A DNA stretch of 64,000 bases from the NCBI GenBank assembly GCA_963695545.1, contig OY968796.1, positions 3,040,001 to 3,104,000 on the forward strand, read 5' to 3'. The notes under the pieces are model-generated. The model saw only the letters and a list, made by a program, of their open reading frames with translations. It was not told the origin of the DNA and searched no databases. The DNA comes from Terriglobia bacterium (GTDB lineage: Bacteria > Acidobacteriota > Terriglobia > Acidiferrales > UBA7541). A program made the position numbers and the translations under genes. How positions within the stretch are numbered: position 1 is the first letter of the stretch; every line of letters begins with the position of its first letter. Positions 8,532 through 17,600 of this stretch are shown in pieces.

Positions 8532-8622
8532 GATTGATTGCAGAGCGAGTGTTACGGTGAGGACGGGTTGGTTACGACCGCGCTGTTCAACGAACGTCTC
8601 GAACGGGAATTTTGACATTGAG

Positions 8623-8638
8623 TGTACGGTAACGTACA
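8623..8638. promoter_or_regulatory. Candidate Crp/Fnr-family site TGTACG-GTAA-CGTACA
   Basis: Perfect 6-4-6 palindrome about 110 nt upstream of the crp-like gene. Confidence 0.6.
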
Positions 8639-8748
8639 CTCGGACGACCTCGTGAGTTGGCCCACCGCGCGTTGGGATGGTTGTTGAGCAGTAACGAATA
8701 AGGATGCCGGAGAACGGCCTCCTTGTTCCGCGGAGGTGAAGACGGCTT

Positions 8749-9423
8749 ATGGACAAGAAACTCAACGGCTCAAAGTTAAAGGAAAAGATAGCTTTTGACG
8801 CCTTGGCGTTCCTGGAGGCCGATGGCGTCGAGCGAAGGAGTGTCGAGTTTCCCAGAAAAGCTACGATCTTCGCGCAGGGCGCTCCCGCCAGGACGGTGAT
8901 GTACATTCAGCAAGGCGGGGTGAAAATTTCGGTGGTCAATGGAGTGGGCAAAGAAGCAGTGGTGGCCATGCTGGGACCGGGAGACTTTTTTGGGGAAGGC
9001 GCGCTGGCGGGGCAGACGATTCGAATTGGGATGGCGACAGCGGTAACGCCGACCACGGTGCTGGTGCTGGCCAAAAATGAAATGATGCGCCTGCTACACG
9101 CGAATCACGAATTCTCGGACGGCTTTATCTCGTACATGCTGACCCGGAATATTCGCGTTGAAGCGGACCTGGTCGATCAGCTTTTTAACTCGACGGAGAA
9201 GCGGCTGGCTCGCGCGCTGCTGTTGCTCGCGCGATATGGGAAAGACGAGCAGAACCAGAAGGTCCTTCCGAAGGTTTCGCAGGAGACCCTGGCGGAAACG
9301 ATCGGCACGACGCGTTCGCGCGTGAATCTTTTCATGAACAAGTTCAAGAAAATGGGATTCATTAAGTACAACGGCGGTCTTCAAGTGAACAGTTCACTGC
9401 TGAGCGTTGTTCTGCACGACTGA
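8749..9423 (+). CDS. Crp/Fnr family transcriptional regulator
   Basis: cNMP-binding domain (IFAQG...GDFFGE) and HTH SQETLAETIGTTRSRVNLFMNKF. Confidence 0.95.
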   Translation: MDKKLNGSKLKEKIAFDALAFLEADGVERRSVEFPRKATIFAQGAPARTVMYIQQGGVKISVVNGVGKEAVVAMLGPGDFFGEGALAGQTIRIGMATAVTPTTVLVLAKNEMMRLLHANHEFSDGFISYMLTRNIRVEADLVDQLFNSTEKRLARALLLLARYGKDEQNQKVLPKVSQETLAETIGTTRSRVNLFMNKFKKMGFIKYNGGLQVNSSLLSVVLHD

Positions 9424-9575
9424 ACGGCGGGCTCGCCGCTTCGACTTACGCGCGCAATTCAAAGAGACAACAATCGAGGATTCCCGGCGCCTTCGGGCTC
9501 ACGCACTGCGTGGAAAGCAGCGCGCGAAAGCAAGCGCGGCGGTGCGCCCGGGGCGGCTATGGAGCAGGTTGCGCT

Positions 9576-10478
9576 TCAGGACTGGCAGGGATCGGAACAT
9601 TCGGCGATCGGCAAGTTGACTTCGATTACCGTTCCGATTTGGCTGGAACTGATATGAAAGCGGCCGTTCAACACTCTGGCGCGTTCGCGCATACCGGCGA
9701 TACCGACGCCGACGAGCCGGGTGCTCGAATTGATTTCCCGCAATATGGCGGGGGCGATTCCACGGCCTTCATCGCGGATTTTCATGGCGACTTCTTCGGC
9801 GTCCTGGCTGATTTCGATTTTTGCGACGCGACTTCCCGAATGTCGATGAATATTCGCGAGACTTTGCTGCACGATGCGGAACATGGCAATTTCCGTGTCC
9901 GTGGGCAAGCGCCGGAAATCTTCCGAAATATCGAGTTCCACGCGAATGCCGCTGCGTTCGGAGAAACCCTCGGCATACAACGCGAGCGCGGAAGCGAGGC
10001 CCATTTCATCGAGAAGCGGAGGGTGAAGCAGATAGGAAATGGTTCTGATTTCAGTGGTGCAATGCCGTACCATCTCGATGGAATCGGCGATTCGCTCGGC
10101 GTGCGAGGCGACGAGCGAGGAGGCGTCTCGTTCAAGAGCGCTGAGATTCATCTCGATCGCGGCGAGATATTGTCCGGCGCTATCGTGAAGTTCGCGGGCA
10201 ATGCGCCGGCGTTCGTCGTCCTGCACTTGCAGCAGGCGGGTGGTCAGTTTGCGGAGGCGCTCTTCGGCTCTGTGCCGTTCGATTACTTGCGCTTCAAGCT
10301 CGACAGTGCGCTCGCGGACGCGCGATTCGAGAGTGTCGAGCGCTGTTTGCATGCTCGCCGCCGGCCAGAGATCGACGCGTGGCGCGATTCCGGCCGCGGG
10401 CGTTCCGGCCGCTTCCGTGGTGTTGCCCTGCATGCTTGCATGTGGAGATACGGTTGTTTGACTCATAAGTGGATCCAT
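9576..10478 (-). CDS. Cytoplasmic histidine kinase (HisKA_3/NarX-like)
   Basis: ERRRIARELHD H-box, SLANIHRHS N-box, DEGRG and GVGIAGMRER G-boxes. Confidence 0.92.
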   Translation of the reverse strand: MDPLMSQTTVSPHASMQGNTTEAAGTPAAGIAPRVDLWPAASMQTALDTLESRVRERTVELEAQVIERHRAEERLRKLTTRLLQVQDDERRRIARELHDSAGQYLAAIEMNLSALERDASSLVASHAERIADSIEMVRHCTTEIRTISYLLHPPLLDEMGLASALALYAEGFSERSGIRVELDISEDFRRLPTDTEIAMFRIVQQSLANIHRHSGSRVAKIEISQDAEEVAMKIRDEGRGIAPAILREINSSTRLVGVGIAGMRERARVLNGRFHISSSQIGTVIEVNLPIAECSDPCQS

Positions 10479-10543
10479 CTCGGGGCCGAGCGAAGGCCGC
10501 CCGCCGCCCTCGGAGAACGATACGCGACCCTCGCTTGGTTGGC

Positions 10544-10559
10544 TGTGCGGAAAAGAACA
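10544..10559. promoter_or_regulatory. Candidate Crp/Fnr-family site TGTGCG-GAAA-AGAACA
   Basis: Exact reverse complement of 49147-49162; upstream of the histidine kinase gene. Confidence 0.55.
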
Positions 10560-10698
10560 GTTCCTAAAATGGGCATGGACGAGAATTGGCGATCTGAGCG
10601 AAGTTAGCGGCGCCGGCGAGAAATGCCGTGAACGGGGCGCGCCGCGGGACTAGACTGGGTACGCGCCGTCGGGAAGCTCTTGAACGCGAGGTGGATTT

Positions 10699-11343
10699 GT
10701 GAAGATTTTGATTGCCGACGATCACGACATCATCCGCCGCGGGCTGAAGCAGCTTTTGACAACGCATCCCGGATGGGAAGTGTGCGCGGAAGCCAAAACG
10801 GGCCGCGAGGCGGTGGCTTTGGCCGAGCGGCACAAGCCGCAGGTGGCGGTGCTGGACGTGAGCATGCCGGAACTAAATGGCCTGGACGCCGCGCGGCGTA
10901 TACGCAAGATTCTTCCGACAACGGAAATTCTGATTTTGACGCTACATTTTTCAGACCAATTGGTTCGCGACATCGTGGACACTGGAGCGCGCGCGTACAT
11001 CATGAAGTCCGACGCGGATAAGGATCTGGTGAGCGCGGTTGAAGCGCTGGCGGAACATCGCCCATTTTTCACGGCGCGCGCGGCGGAAATCGTGCTGGAC
11101 GGATTCCGGAAGCCGCGTTCGGCGTCGGGAGGAAATACGTCCGCGGGCCGGCTGACATCGCGCGAGCGGGAAATCGTGCAGCTTCTGGCGGAAGGGAAGA
11201 GCAGCAAAGAGGTGGCCGTTTCGCTAGGCATCAGCGTGAAGACGGCCGAGACGCACCGCGCGAACGTGATGCGGAAACTGAGTCTACATTCGGTGAGCGA
11301 ACTGGTGCGCTACGCGGTGAAGAATCAGATTATCGAAGCGTGA
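10699..11343 (+). CDS. NarL/LuxR family response regulator
   Basis: ILIADDH...VLDVSMP receiver; LTSREREIVQLLAEGKSSKEVA HTH. Confidence 0.95.
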   Translation: MKILIADDHDIIRRGLKQLLTTHPGWEVCAEAKTGREAVALAERHKPQVAVLDVSMPELNGLDAARRIRKILPTTEILILTLHFSDQLVRDIVDTGARAYIMKSDADKDLVSAVEALAEHRPFFTARAAEIVLDGFRKPRSASGGNTSAGRLTSREREIVQLLAEGKSSKEVAVSLGISVKTAETHRANVMRKLSLHSVSELVRYAVKNQIIEA

Positions 11344-11384
11344 GCCGCAACCCCCGCGAGCGGATTCCACCGCAAAAAACAACA

Positions 11385-11414
11385 AAAAAGGAGGGCCCGA
11401 AGGCCCTCCTTTTT
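11385..11414. terminator. Bidirectional rho-independent terminator
   Basis: AAAAAGGAGGGCC-cgaa-GGCCCTCCTTTTT between convergent genes. Confidence 0.9.
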
Positions 11415-11435
11415 GCGATTTGCTTCGTGCGCGCG

Positions 11436-14400
11436 TTAGAACGTGAAGTGTCCGGCAAACTGAAACTGCCGAACGTCGAACACCGTGTCGGTTACGCCGT
11501 TCACAGCTCCGAAAGTAGATTGGTTGACTTGCGTGAGCGTGTAGTTCGGCGCGGTGGAGGAGAAGCTTCCGAGCTGGTAGTTGGTGGTCTGGAATCCGCT
11601 TTCTTCGATCGGGATCATTTTGTTGAAGCAATTGAAACACTCCGCGTCCGCTTCGAGCACGACTCGCTCTCCGATGTGGAATCGGCGTCCGATGTGCAGA
11701 TTAACGTTCTGGACCGAAGGCAGGGTGAAGTAACCGCGAGGAAGTAGCGGGAATCGATCGGAGCCGCTCTGTCCCGTTATGGTCGTGGCGCTGTTCCCGA
11801 CTTTGAGACCGCCGGGCAGCGAGCTTAGCGATCCGGTGATGCCAGCCGTGTAGTTGGTATTTGAGGAGACCATAATTTCCGGGGCCACGGTCCAGCCGTC
11901 CAGAAGTTTGTGGGCCATGGAATCCCCGCCGAAATGCTCCGGAGACCAAACCGCACTCAGGACAAAGCGATTGCGAACGTCGAAGGCTGAGTTGGCGTAG
12001 TCTTCGCCGGGATCAAATTGATTGAGCAATGCGTCTCCCGGGAATCCGGAGTCGCCTTGCGCGTTGTCCAAGGCGTGAGACCAGGTGTAGCTGGATTCCA
12101 GTTCAAGCCCCCTCGAGAGGTGACGGCTGATCTCGATGGCGCCCGCATTGTAATTCGAGCGCACCAGATCGGTGAATTCGTCGACGAAGCTGTTGAGGCC
12201 CAAGGTTGCATCGTCGGGGCGGCAGGTTACGGCGGTGGACGGTGCAGGGCAAGGGACGCCGGGGCTCACGAGTTCGTTGAACGTATCCCCGCTGAACGGT
12301 CCGCCGGAAACGGCGTAGCTGACATTGACAGAGGGTACCGTCAGGTTCGCGTCAATTTCGGCCGGCAGATCGCGGCCCTGGGTAAGCATGTACGTAAGAG
12401 TGACGACAAAATTGTCGCCGATCTCGCGCTGCAGCGAAACGTCGCCTTCGTAAATAAGCGGATCGCGGTCCTTGGGGTCAAAGAAATCAATCGTGCCCGC
12501 GGAAGTCACACCTGTCGCCAGCGTTTTCGGGAAGATCGGCTCACCCGGGGTGGACGACGTGGGGCTCGCGCTGGTGTTCGTGTAAGTGTCAGACGATTGA
12601 GAGTCGGCGATACCGGTGCTGGAAATCGCGTCGAAGATGGTCCCGCCGGAGATGATCCCGTAATACATGCCGTATCCAGCGCGGAACGAGGTCTTCCCAT
12701 CACCGAAGACGTCCCAGGCCACGCCGACACGGGGACCGAAGTTGGCTTTGTTGGTCGGGAACGTCCCGGTCTGAGGAAGATTCGCGTTGGGTTGCTGTGG
12801 TGATGACAGCGGTTCGTAATCCCAGCGCAAGCCGTAGTTGATGGTCAATCGCGGCGTCGCCCTCCAGGTGTCTTGCGCAAAGATTCCGACATCTTGTGTT
12901 GAGAATTTATACCCGGGAGGCCCGAAGCCTTGCACGTACGCGTGGTAGCAGGGAATCGAGGTGGCCCCGTCAACGGAGCAGCCGAGAATGGTCGCGGTCG
13001 GGTTCGTCCATTTGGTGTAGTCGGTGATGAAATCGGCCAGAGCATACGCGTTGTTCTCGTACTCGTATTCACCCTCGCTGGCGGTGAGTAACTTGTCCGT
13101 GTCCGTGATCTGGTTGATATCGGTGCCGAACCGGAACAGGTGAGTGCCGTGCACGATGGAGAGGGTGTCCGAACCTTGCTCCTTGTACTCGAGCGGATAG
13201 GCGAAGCGGTTCAAGAACGTGGGCGTGCCGAGAATAAGGGTTCCCGAGTTCGGGGACACGCCCGCCCCAAGCGAACTCGAGGCCGCGGTGGGCGAAATCA
13301 AGATCTCAGGCGGAAGGCCGCCGGGACCGGTGGCGGGTTCTCCGGCAGGCGTTGGATCCGCAAACTCGAATTCGAAATCCTTGCTGATCACGAACGTGGC
13401 TTCGTTCGTAACGTTGCTTGAGAAGGTGGAGCTCAAACGAGCGACGCCCATATCGTCGTGGACGTAGTCGTCGCCGACGCTCGATGTGCCGTAATCCGCC
13501 GTGGCATTGGTCTGAATGCCGTTCGGCGAAGACCAACGCATGCGGTTGTAGCTCAGGGTCAGGACGTTGTTAGGATTGATGTGCCAATCCAGCTTCGGAA
13601 ACTCGATATTCTGATTACCTGTCCGGGTAGCTTGTCCCGTGAAATCGGTCAGGAAGGTCATCGCCGTATTCACCTGCGCCTGACTAATTCCGCGGCAATA
13701 AAGAGCATCGGCCTGCGTGAAACTTGCGGAAGCGGTAACGAACGGCGATGCGCCGGTCGACAGAGTAGTGGCAGGGCACGTAAAGGTCGTGGGCAGCGTT
13801 ATCGGGTCAAGGAAATTTGGCCCTGGAATTTCGACGATGGGAAAATTCTCGTTCTGCGTGTCATAAGTGAAGAAGAAAAACAGCTTATTCTTGATGGCGG
13901 CCCCGCCGACCGAGCCACCGTATTGCTGGCGCAGAAAAGGCGGCTTAATGGAGACGTTCTCAGGCGACCCGTTTACCAACTCCGATTCGTAAGTGTAGGG
14001 ATTCTGCGCGCCGATGGCGTTGTTCTTGTAGAAGTAGAACAGGTCTCCATGAAGCTGGTTCGTGCCGCTCTTGGTGACGGTGTTGATCACGCCGCCGGCA
14101 GACCGGCCATACTGCGGCGAATAGTCCGAAGTGTTCACTTGGAAGGCCTCGACCGAATCCAGGCTGAGGGTATAGGCGATGCGGGTCCGCCCGCGCTCCT
14201 CGGCGAAGAAGAACTGGTTGTTGTCGCCGCCGTCCACCGTGTTGTTATTGGCGTAGCCGTTGATGCCGCGGAAATCGAGGTCCTGGTAGCCGTCCGGGTC
14301 AGGTGTGACGCCCGGCACCAGCAGGGCAAATGAGGACCAGCGGCGACCATTGGTCGGAAGGTTCGCAAGCTCGGTACCTCCGATATCGTTGGCGATGGCT

Positions 14401-14825
14401 TGATCTGTGGTGTCAACCTGCGGCGGCTCGCCGGAGACCTTCACCGTTTCGGTTCCGCTGGCGACCTTCAAATGAATGTCCACCGTCGAGGCGCGGCCGA
14501 CCTCGACCGTGACCCCTGTCTGCTCATATTGAGCGAAACCCGTGGCGGCAACCGACACCGTGTACTGGCCCGGCTGCAAGACGTTAAAACTGAATCCGCC
14601 GATGCCGTTGGTCGTCTCGTCCAATTTCTGCCCGGTGCCCTCGTTCTCAACGGACACGGGCGCGTTCGGGACGATCGCACCCGTCGGGTCCTCCACGGTT
14701 CCATTGATCGCGCCGTTCACGGTAGATTGGGCTCGCATCGTCACCGAGACCGAAAGAGCCACCACCAGGGCTGCGCCTAGAACCAATAATTTCTTTCCAA
14801 ATGAAATGTCTTGCGAGCGAAACAT
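11436..14825 (-). CDS. Oar-like TonB-dependent receptor with carboxypeptidase-regulatory-like N-domain
   Basis: Signal peptide, GTVEDPTGAIVPNA, YGRSAGGVINTVTKSGTN, NFGPRVGVAWD, C-terminal Phe (RQFQFAGHFTF); AGGAGG RBS. Confidence 0.9.
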   Translation of the reverse strand: MFRSQDISFGKKLLVLGAALVVALSVSVTMRAQSTVNGAINGTVEDPTGAIVPNAPVSVENEGTGQKLDETTNGIGGFSFNVLQPGQYTVSVAATGFAQYEQTGVTVEVGRASTVDIHLKVASGTETVKVSGEPPQVDTTDQAIANDIGGTELANLPTNGRRWSSFALLVPGVTPDPDGYQDLDFRGINGYANNNTVDGGDNNQFFFAEERGRTRIAYTLSLDSVEAFQVNTSDYSPQYGRSAGGVINTVTKSGTNQLHGDLFYFYKNNAIGAQNPYTYESELVNGSPENVSIKPPFLRQQYGGSVGGAAIKNKLFFFFTYDTQNENFPIVEIPGPNFLDPITLPTTFTCPATTLSTGASPFVTASASFTQADALYCRGISQAQVNTAMTFLTDFTGQATRTGNQNIEFPKLDWHINPNNVLTLSYNRMRWSSPNGIQTNATADYGTSSVGDDYVHDDMGVARLSSTFSSNVTNEATFVISKDFEFEFADPTPAGEPATGPGGLPPEILISPTAASSSLGAGVSPNSGTLILGTPTFLNRFAYPLEYKEQGSDTLSIVHGTHLFRFGTDINQITDTDKLLTASEGEYEYENNAYALADFITDYTKWTNPTATILGCSVDGATSIPCYHAYVQGFGPPGYKFSTQDVGIFAQDTWRATPRLTINYGLRWDYEPLSSPQQPNANLPQTGTFPTNKANFGPRVGVAWDVFGDGKTSFRAGYGMYYGIISGGTIFDAISSTGIADSQSSDTYTNTSASPTSSTPGEPIFPKTLATGVTSAGTIDFFDPKDRDPLIYEGDVSLQREIGDNFVVTLTYMLTQGRDLPAEIDANLTVPSVNVSYAVSGGPFSGDTFNELVSPGVPCPAPSTAVTCRPDDATLGLNSFVDEFTDLVRSNYNAGAIEISRHLSRGLELESSYTWSHALDNAQGDSGFPGDALLNQFDPGEDYANSAFDVRNRFVLSAVWSPEHFGGDSMAHKLLDGWTVAPEIMVSSNTNYTAGITGSLSSLPGGLKVGNSATTITGQSGSDRFPLLPRGYFTLPSVQNVNLHIGRRFHIGERVVLEADAECFNCFNKMIPIEESGFQTTNYQLGSFSSTAPNYTLTQVNQSTFGAVNGVTDTVFDVRQFQFAGHFTF

Positions 14826-15270
14826 ACTCGTCCCTCCTATGAAACCTCGATCAGGCGTTAGATATAGTTCTTGGACTGCTTCCGGGTTTCGGGCAGAGCG
14901 TGCGCGTGGACGCGTGTCCGGCAAAAATAGGAAATACTTCGCCCTTGGAAAAACTGAGCTGTCTTTTCGATTTCAATGCACCACCCCGGTGGCAGGGATA
15001 CTTTATTTGCGGGCAGGCCAAAAAGTCAAGCAAAAGTGTCATTTTGTATCCCTTCCCGTCCGATCCGCGCGTTTCGGCCCTCGTCGGCGCAGCCTATCCG
15101 CGCAAGGTTACAGCCGAGTGAACGGCGCGCGTCGGATTCTTGAAAAATTCGGATTCCGCCAGCTTTCTCCCACTCCTCGCGCGCCTGGATTGGCGCGGCC
15201 CGCTTGTGCTCGTACGGTGCCTGCGCTAGAGTAGCGAACTTCTTCTGCTTCTGGCGTTTGGGAGACTGCC

Positions 15271-15813
15271 GTGAATCCTCATGGCAAAGAGCATTTGCGA
15301 GTCCTGCTGCGGCGCAGCGCCGTGCAGAAGCGCGTGCGAGAGATCGGCAAGGAAATTTCCAACGATTTCAAGGGGCAGCGCGTCCATTTGATCGGGGTGT
15401 TGAAGGGCGCGTCGATTTTTCTGGCCGACCTGATTCGCCAGGTCAATGTGGAGGTGTCGCTCGATTTCATGGCCGTTTCGAGCTATGGCCAAGCCGACCA
15501 AACCTCAGGCCAGGTGCGCTTGACCAAGGATTTGGACACCAGCATCGAGGGCCTGAACGTGATCGTGGTCGAGGACATTCTCGATACCGGCTTGACGCTC
15601 AGTTATCTGCTCCGCGTTTTGCAGCAGCGCAAGCCGAAGAGCCTGGCGATCGCGGCGCTGCTCGATAAACCTTCGCGCCGCATCAAGGACGTCAAGGCCG
15701 ATTACGTCGGCTTTCAGATACCGAATGAATTCGTGGTGGGCTACGGCCTGGACTACGCCGAAAGATACCGCAACCTCAAGGACGTTTGCGTGCTCTCGCT
15801 GCCGCCTTCCTGA
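15271..15813 (+). CDS. hpt: Hypoxanthine phosphoribosyltransferase
   Basis: GVLKGA, VIVVEDILDTGLTL PRPP motif, EFVVGYGLDY. Confidence 0.95.
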   Translation: MNPHGKEHLRVLLRRSAVQKRVREIGKEISNDFKGQRVHLIGVLKGASIFLADLIRQVNVEVSLDFMAVSSYGQADQTSGQVRLTKDLDTSIEGLNVIVVEDILDTGLTLSYLLRVLQQRKPKSLAIAALLDKPSRRIKDVKADYVGFQIPNEFVVGYGLDYAERYRNLKDVCVLSLPPS

Positions 15814-15832
15814 CGGCGGCGTCTCACTAAAG

Positions 15833-16456
15833 ATGCGATCCGTGCTCACCGCCGCCGACTTGAGCGCCGTTGCCGATGGCGGCGAAATTGAAATTGCCGC
15901 CGACGCTCTGGTCACGCCACTCGCGCGCGATGAAGCGGCGCGCCGCGGCATCACGCTGCGCCGGCTCGAGCCGTTCGAGAAAGTTTCCTCACCCGATGCG
16001 CGTCGCGTTGCGCTCGGAGCCGATCACGGCGGCTTCGAGATGAAGGAACAATTGAAATCGTATCTGCGCGAATGGGGTTACGCGGTGCTCGATTTGGGCA
16101 CTGACAGCACAGCGGCTGTCGACTATCCCGATTTCGCGGAAGCGGTTGCCGCGGCCGTCGCGCGCGGAGATGCCTGGCGCGGAGTAGTGCTCGATAGCGC
16201 GGGCATCGGCAGCTCCATCGCGGCGAACAAGGTGCCGGGGGCGCGCGCGGCGCTATGCTATGATCGCGTCACGGCGCGAAATAGCCGCGAGCACAACGAC
16301 GCAAACGTGCTATCGCTCGGGGCCAAGCTGATTTCGATCGAGTCGGCGCGCGAAATTCTGGCCGCTTGGCTGGAGACGCCGTTCGCCGGCGGCCGGCACC
16401 AGCGGCGCGTGGATAAGATTCGCGGCATCGAAAAGCGCTACTCGAAAGCTGAATAA
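15833..16456 (+). CDS. rpiB: Ribose-5-phosphate isomerase B with N-terminal extension
   Basis: GADHGG, DYPDFA, ANKVPGARAA, REHNDANVL, GGRHQRRV motifs. Confidence 0.9.
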   Translation: MRSVLTAADLSAVADGGEIEIAADALVTPLARDEAARRGITLRRLEPFEKVSSPDARRVALGADHGGFEMKEQLKSYLREWGYAVLDLGTDSTAAVDYPDFAEAVAAAVARGDAWRGVVLDSAGIGSSIAANKVPGARAALCYDRVTARNSREHNDANVLSLGAKLISIESAREILAAWLETPFAGGRHQRRVDKIRGIEKRYSKAE

Positions 16457-16509
16457 ATTAAGGCGTCTCGCGCGCGGCCGCGCGAAACGCGCGCCGCATC
16501 GTGGAACCT

Positions 16510-17469
16510 GTGGACTCAAACGACCTCGAACGCCTGGTTCACGCCGTCGCCGACGAAGTGCTCCGCTATCTCGGCGCTACGCCCGGGTCTGGTCTCGCCG
16601 GACTCGAGCTCGACGACGTCATCTGTCCCGATTGCGATCAAAACTGCGTCGAAAAATGCGCGCGCAAGACCCGCCGCGTGGTTGACGCCGGCGCGGCGCG
16701 AATCTCCGCCGGCCCCGCCGTGCACGAAGTGGAAGCTGATATCGCCGCGCTGATCGACCACACGCTTCTCAAGCCCGACGCATCGCGCGATGAAATCACC
16801 AAACTTTGCCGCGAAGCCGCGCGCTTCGGATTCGCTTCCGTGTGCATCAATCCGTGGTATGTCGGACTCGCCGCGGAACTTCTGCGCGATACGCCGGTGA
16901 GAGTGTGCACCGTCGTCGGCTTTCCGCTGGGCGCGACGCTGCCGCAAGTGAAAGTCTACGAGGCCGAAGAGGCCATCAAGGTCGGCGCGCAGGAAATCGA
17001 TATGGTGCAGAACATCGGCGCTCTCAAATCGGGCCAGGACGACGTCGTCGAACGCGACATCGCGGGCGTGGTCTGTGCAGCGCATCGTGGTGGCGCGATC
17101 TGCAAAGTGATTCTGGAAACCGCGCTGCTCACGACGGAAGAAAAAATCCGCGCGTCGCTTGCCGCCAAGCGCGCGTGCGCCGATTTCGTGAAGACCTCCA
17201 CGGGCTTTGGCCCCGCCGGAGCCACGGTCGAAGATGTCGCCTTGATGCGCGCCGTCGTCGGCGAAGGTATGGGCGTGAAGGCCGCGGGCGGCGTGCGCAG
17301 CTTGGACGACGTGCTGAAAATGGTTCATGCCGGGGCCACGCGCATCGGCGCAAGCGCCAGCGTGAAGATCATCGAGCAGGCTGCGGGCGGCGCCGCGTTC
17401 GCACCGTCGTCGTCGGAAAGTTCAACCGCGAAGCCTGCGGCCGCGCCCGCGCCTGCCAGCAAATATTGA
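16510..17469 (+). CDS. deoC: Deoxyribose-phosphate aldolase with N-terminal extension
   Basis: IDHTLLKP, VVGFPLGA, KVILET, FVKTSTGF, VKAAGGVR motifs; start could be GTG 16501 or 16510. Confidence 0.93.
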   Translation: MDSNDLERLVHAVADEVLRYLGATPGSGLAGLELDDVICPDCDQNCVEKCARKTRRVVDAGAARISAGPAVHEVEADIAALIDHTLLKPDASRDEITKLCREAARFGFASVCINPWYVGLAAELLRDTPVRVCTVVGFPLGATLPQVKVYEAEEAIKVGAQEIDMVQNIGALKSGQDDVVERDIAGVVCAAHRGGAICKVILETALLTTEEKIRASLAAKRACADFVKTSTGFGPAGATVEDVALMRAVVGEGMGVKAAGGVRSLDDVLKMVHAGATRIGASASVKIIEQAAGGAAFAPSSSESSTAKPAAAPAPASKY

Positions 17470-17600
17470 ACTCAGCGGCGTTTGCCCCGTCCAGCATCTG
17501 CGTCGCGCTCCCATTGGCTTGATCCGTTCGAACGCATGCACCGGGATTCGCCGGGCTTTTTCCGAAGCCGCGCAACGCCTCCTGATATACTTATAAGAAC

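Noticed and set aside
7170..8906. Long N-terminal extensions in the ORF track for ackA (also iscS 36668, lysA 19115, DUF62 37579, padR 29606)
   Set aside because: Extensions overlap neighbouring genes or promoters and lack family similarity; downstream starts match family N-termini
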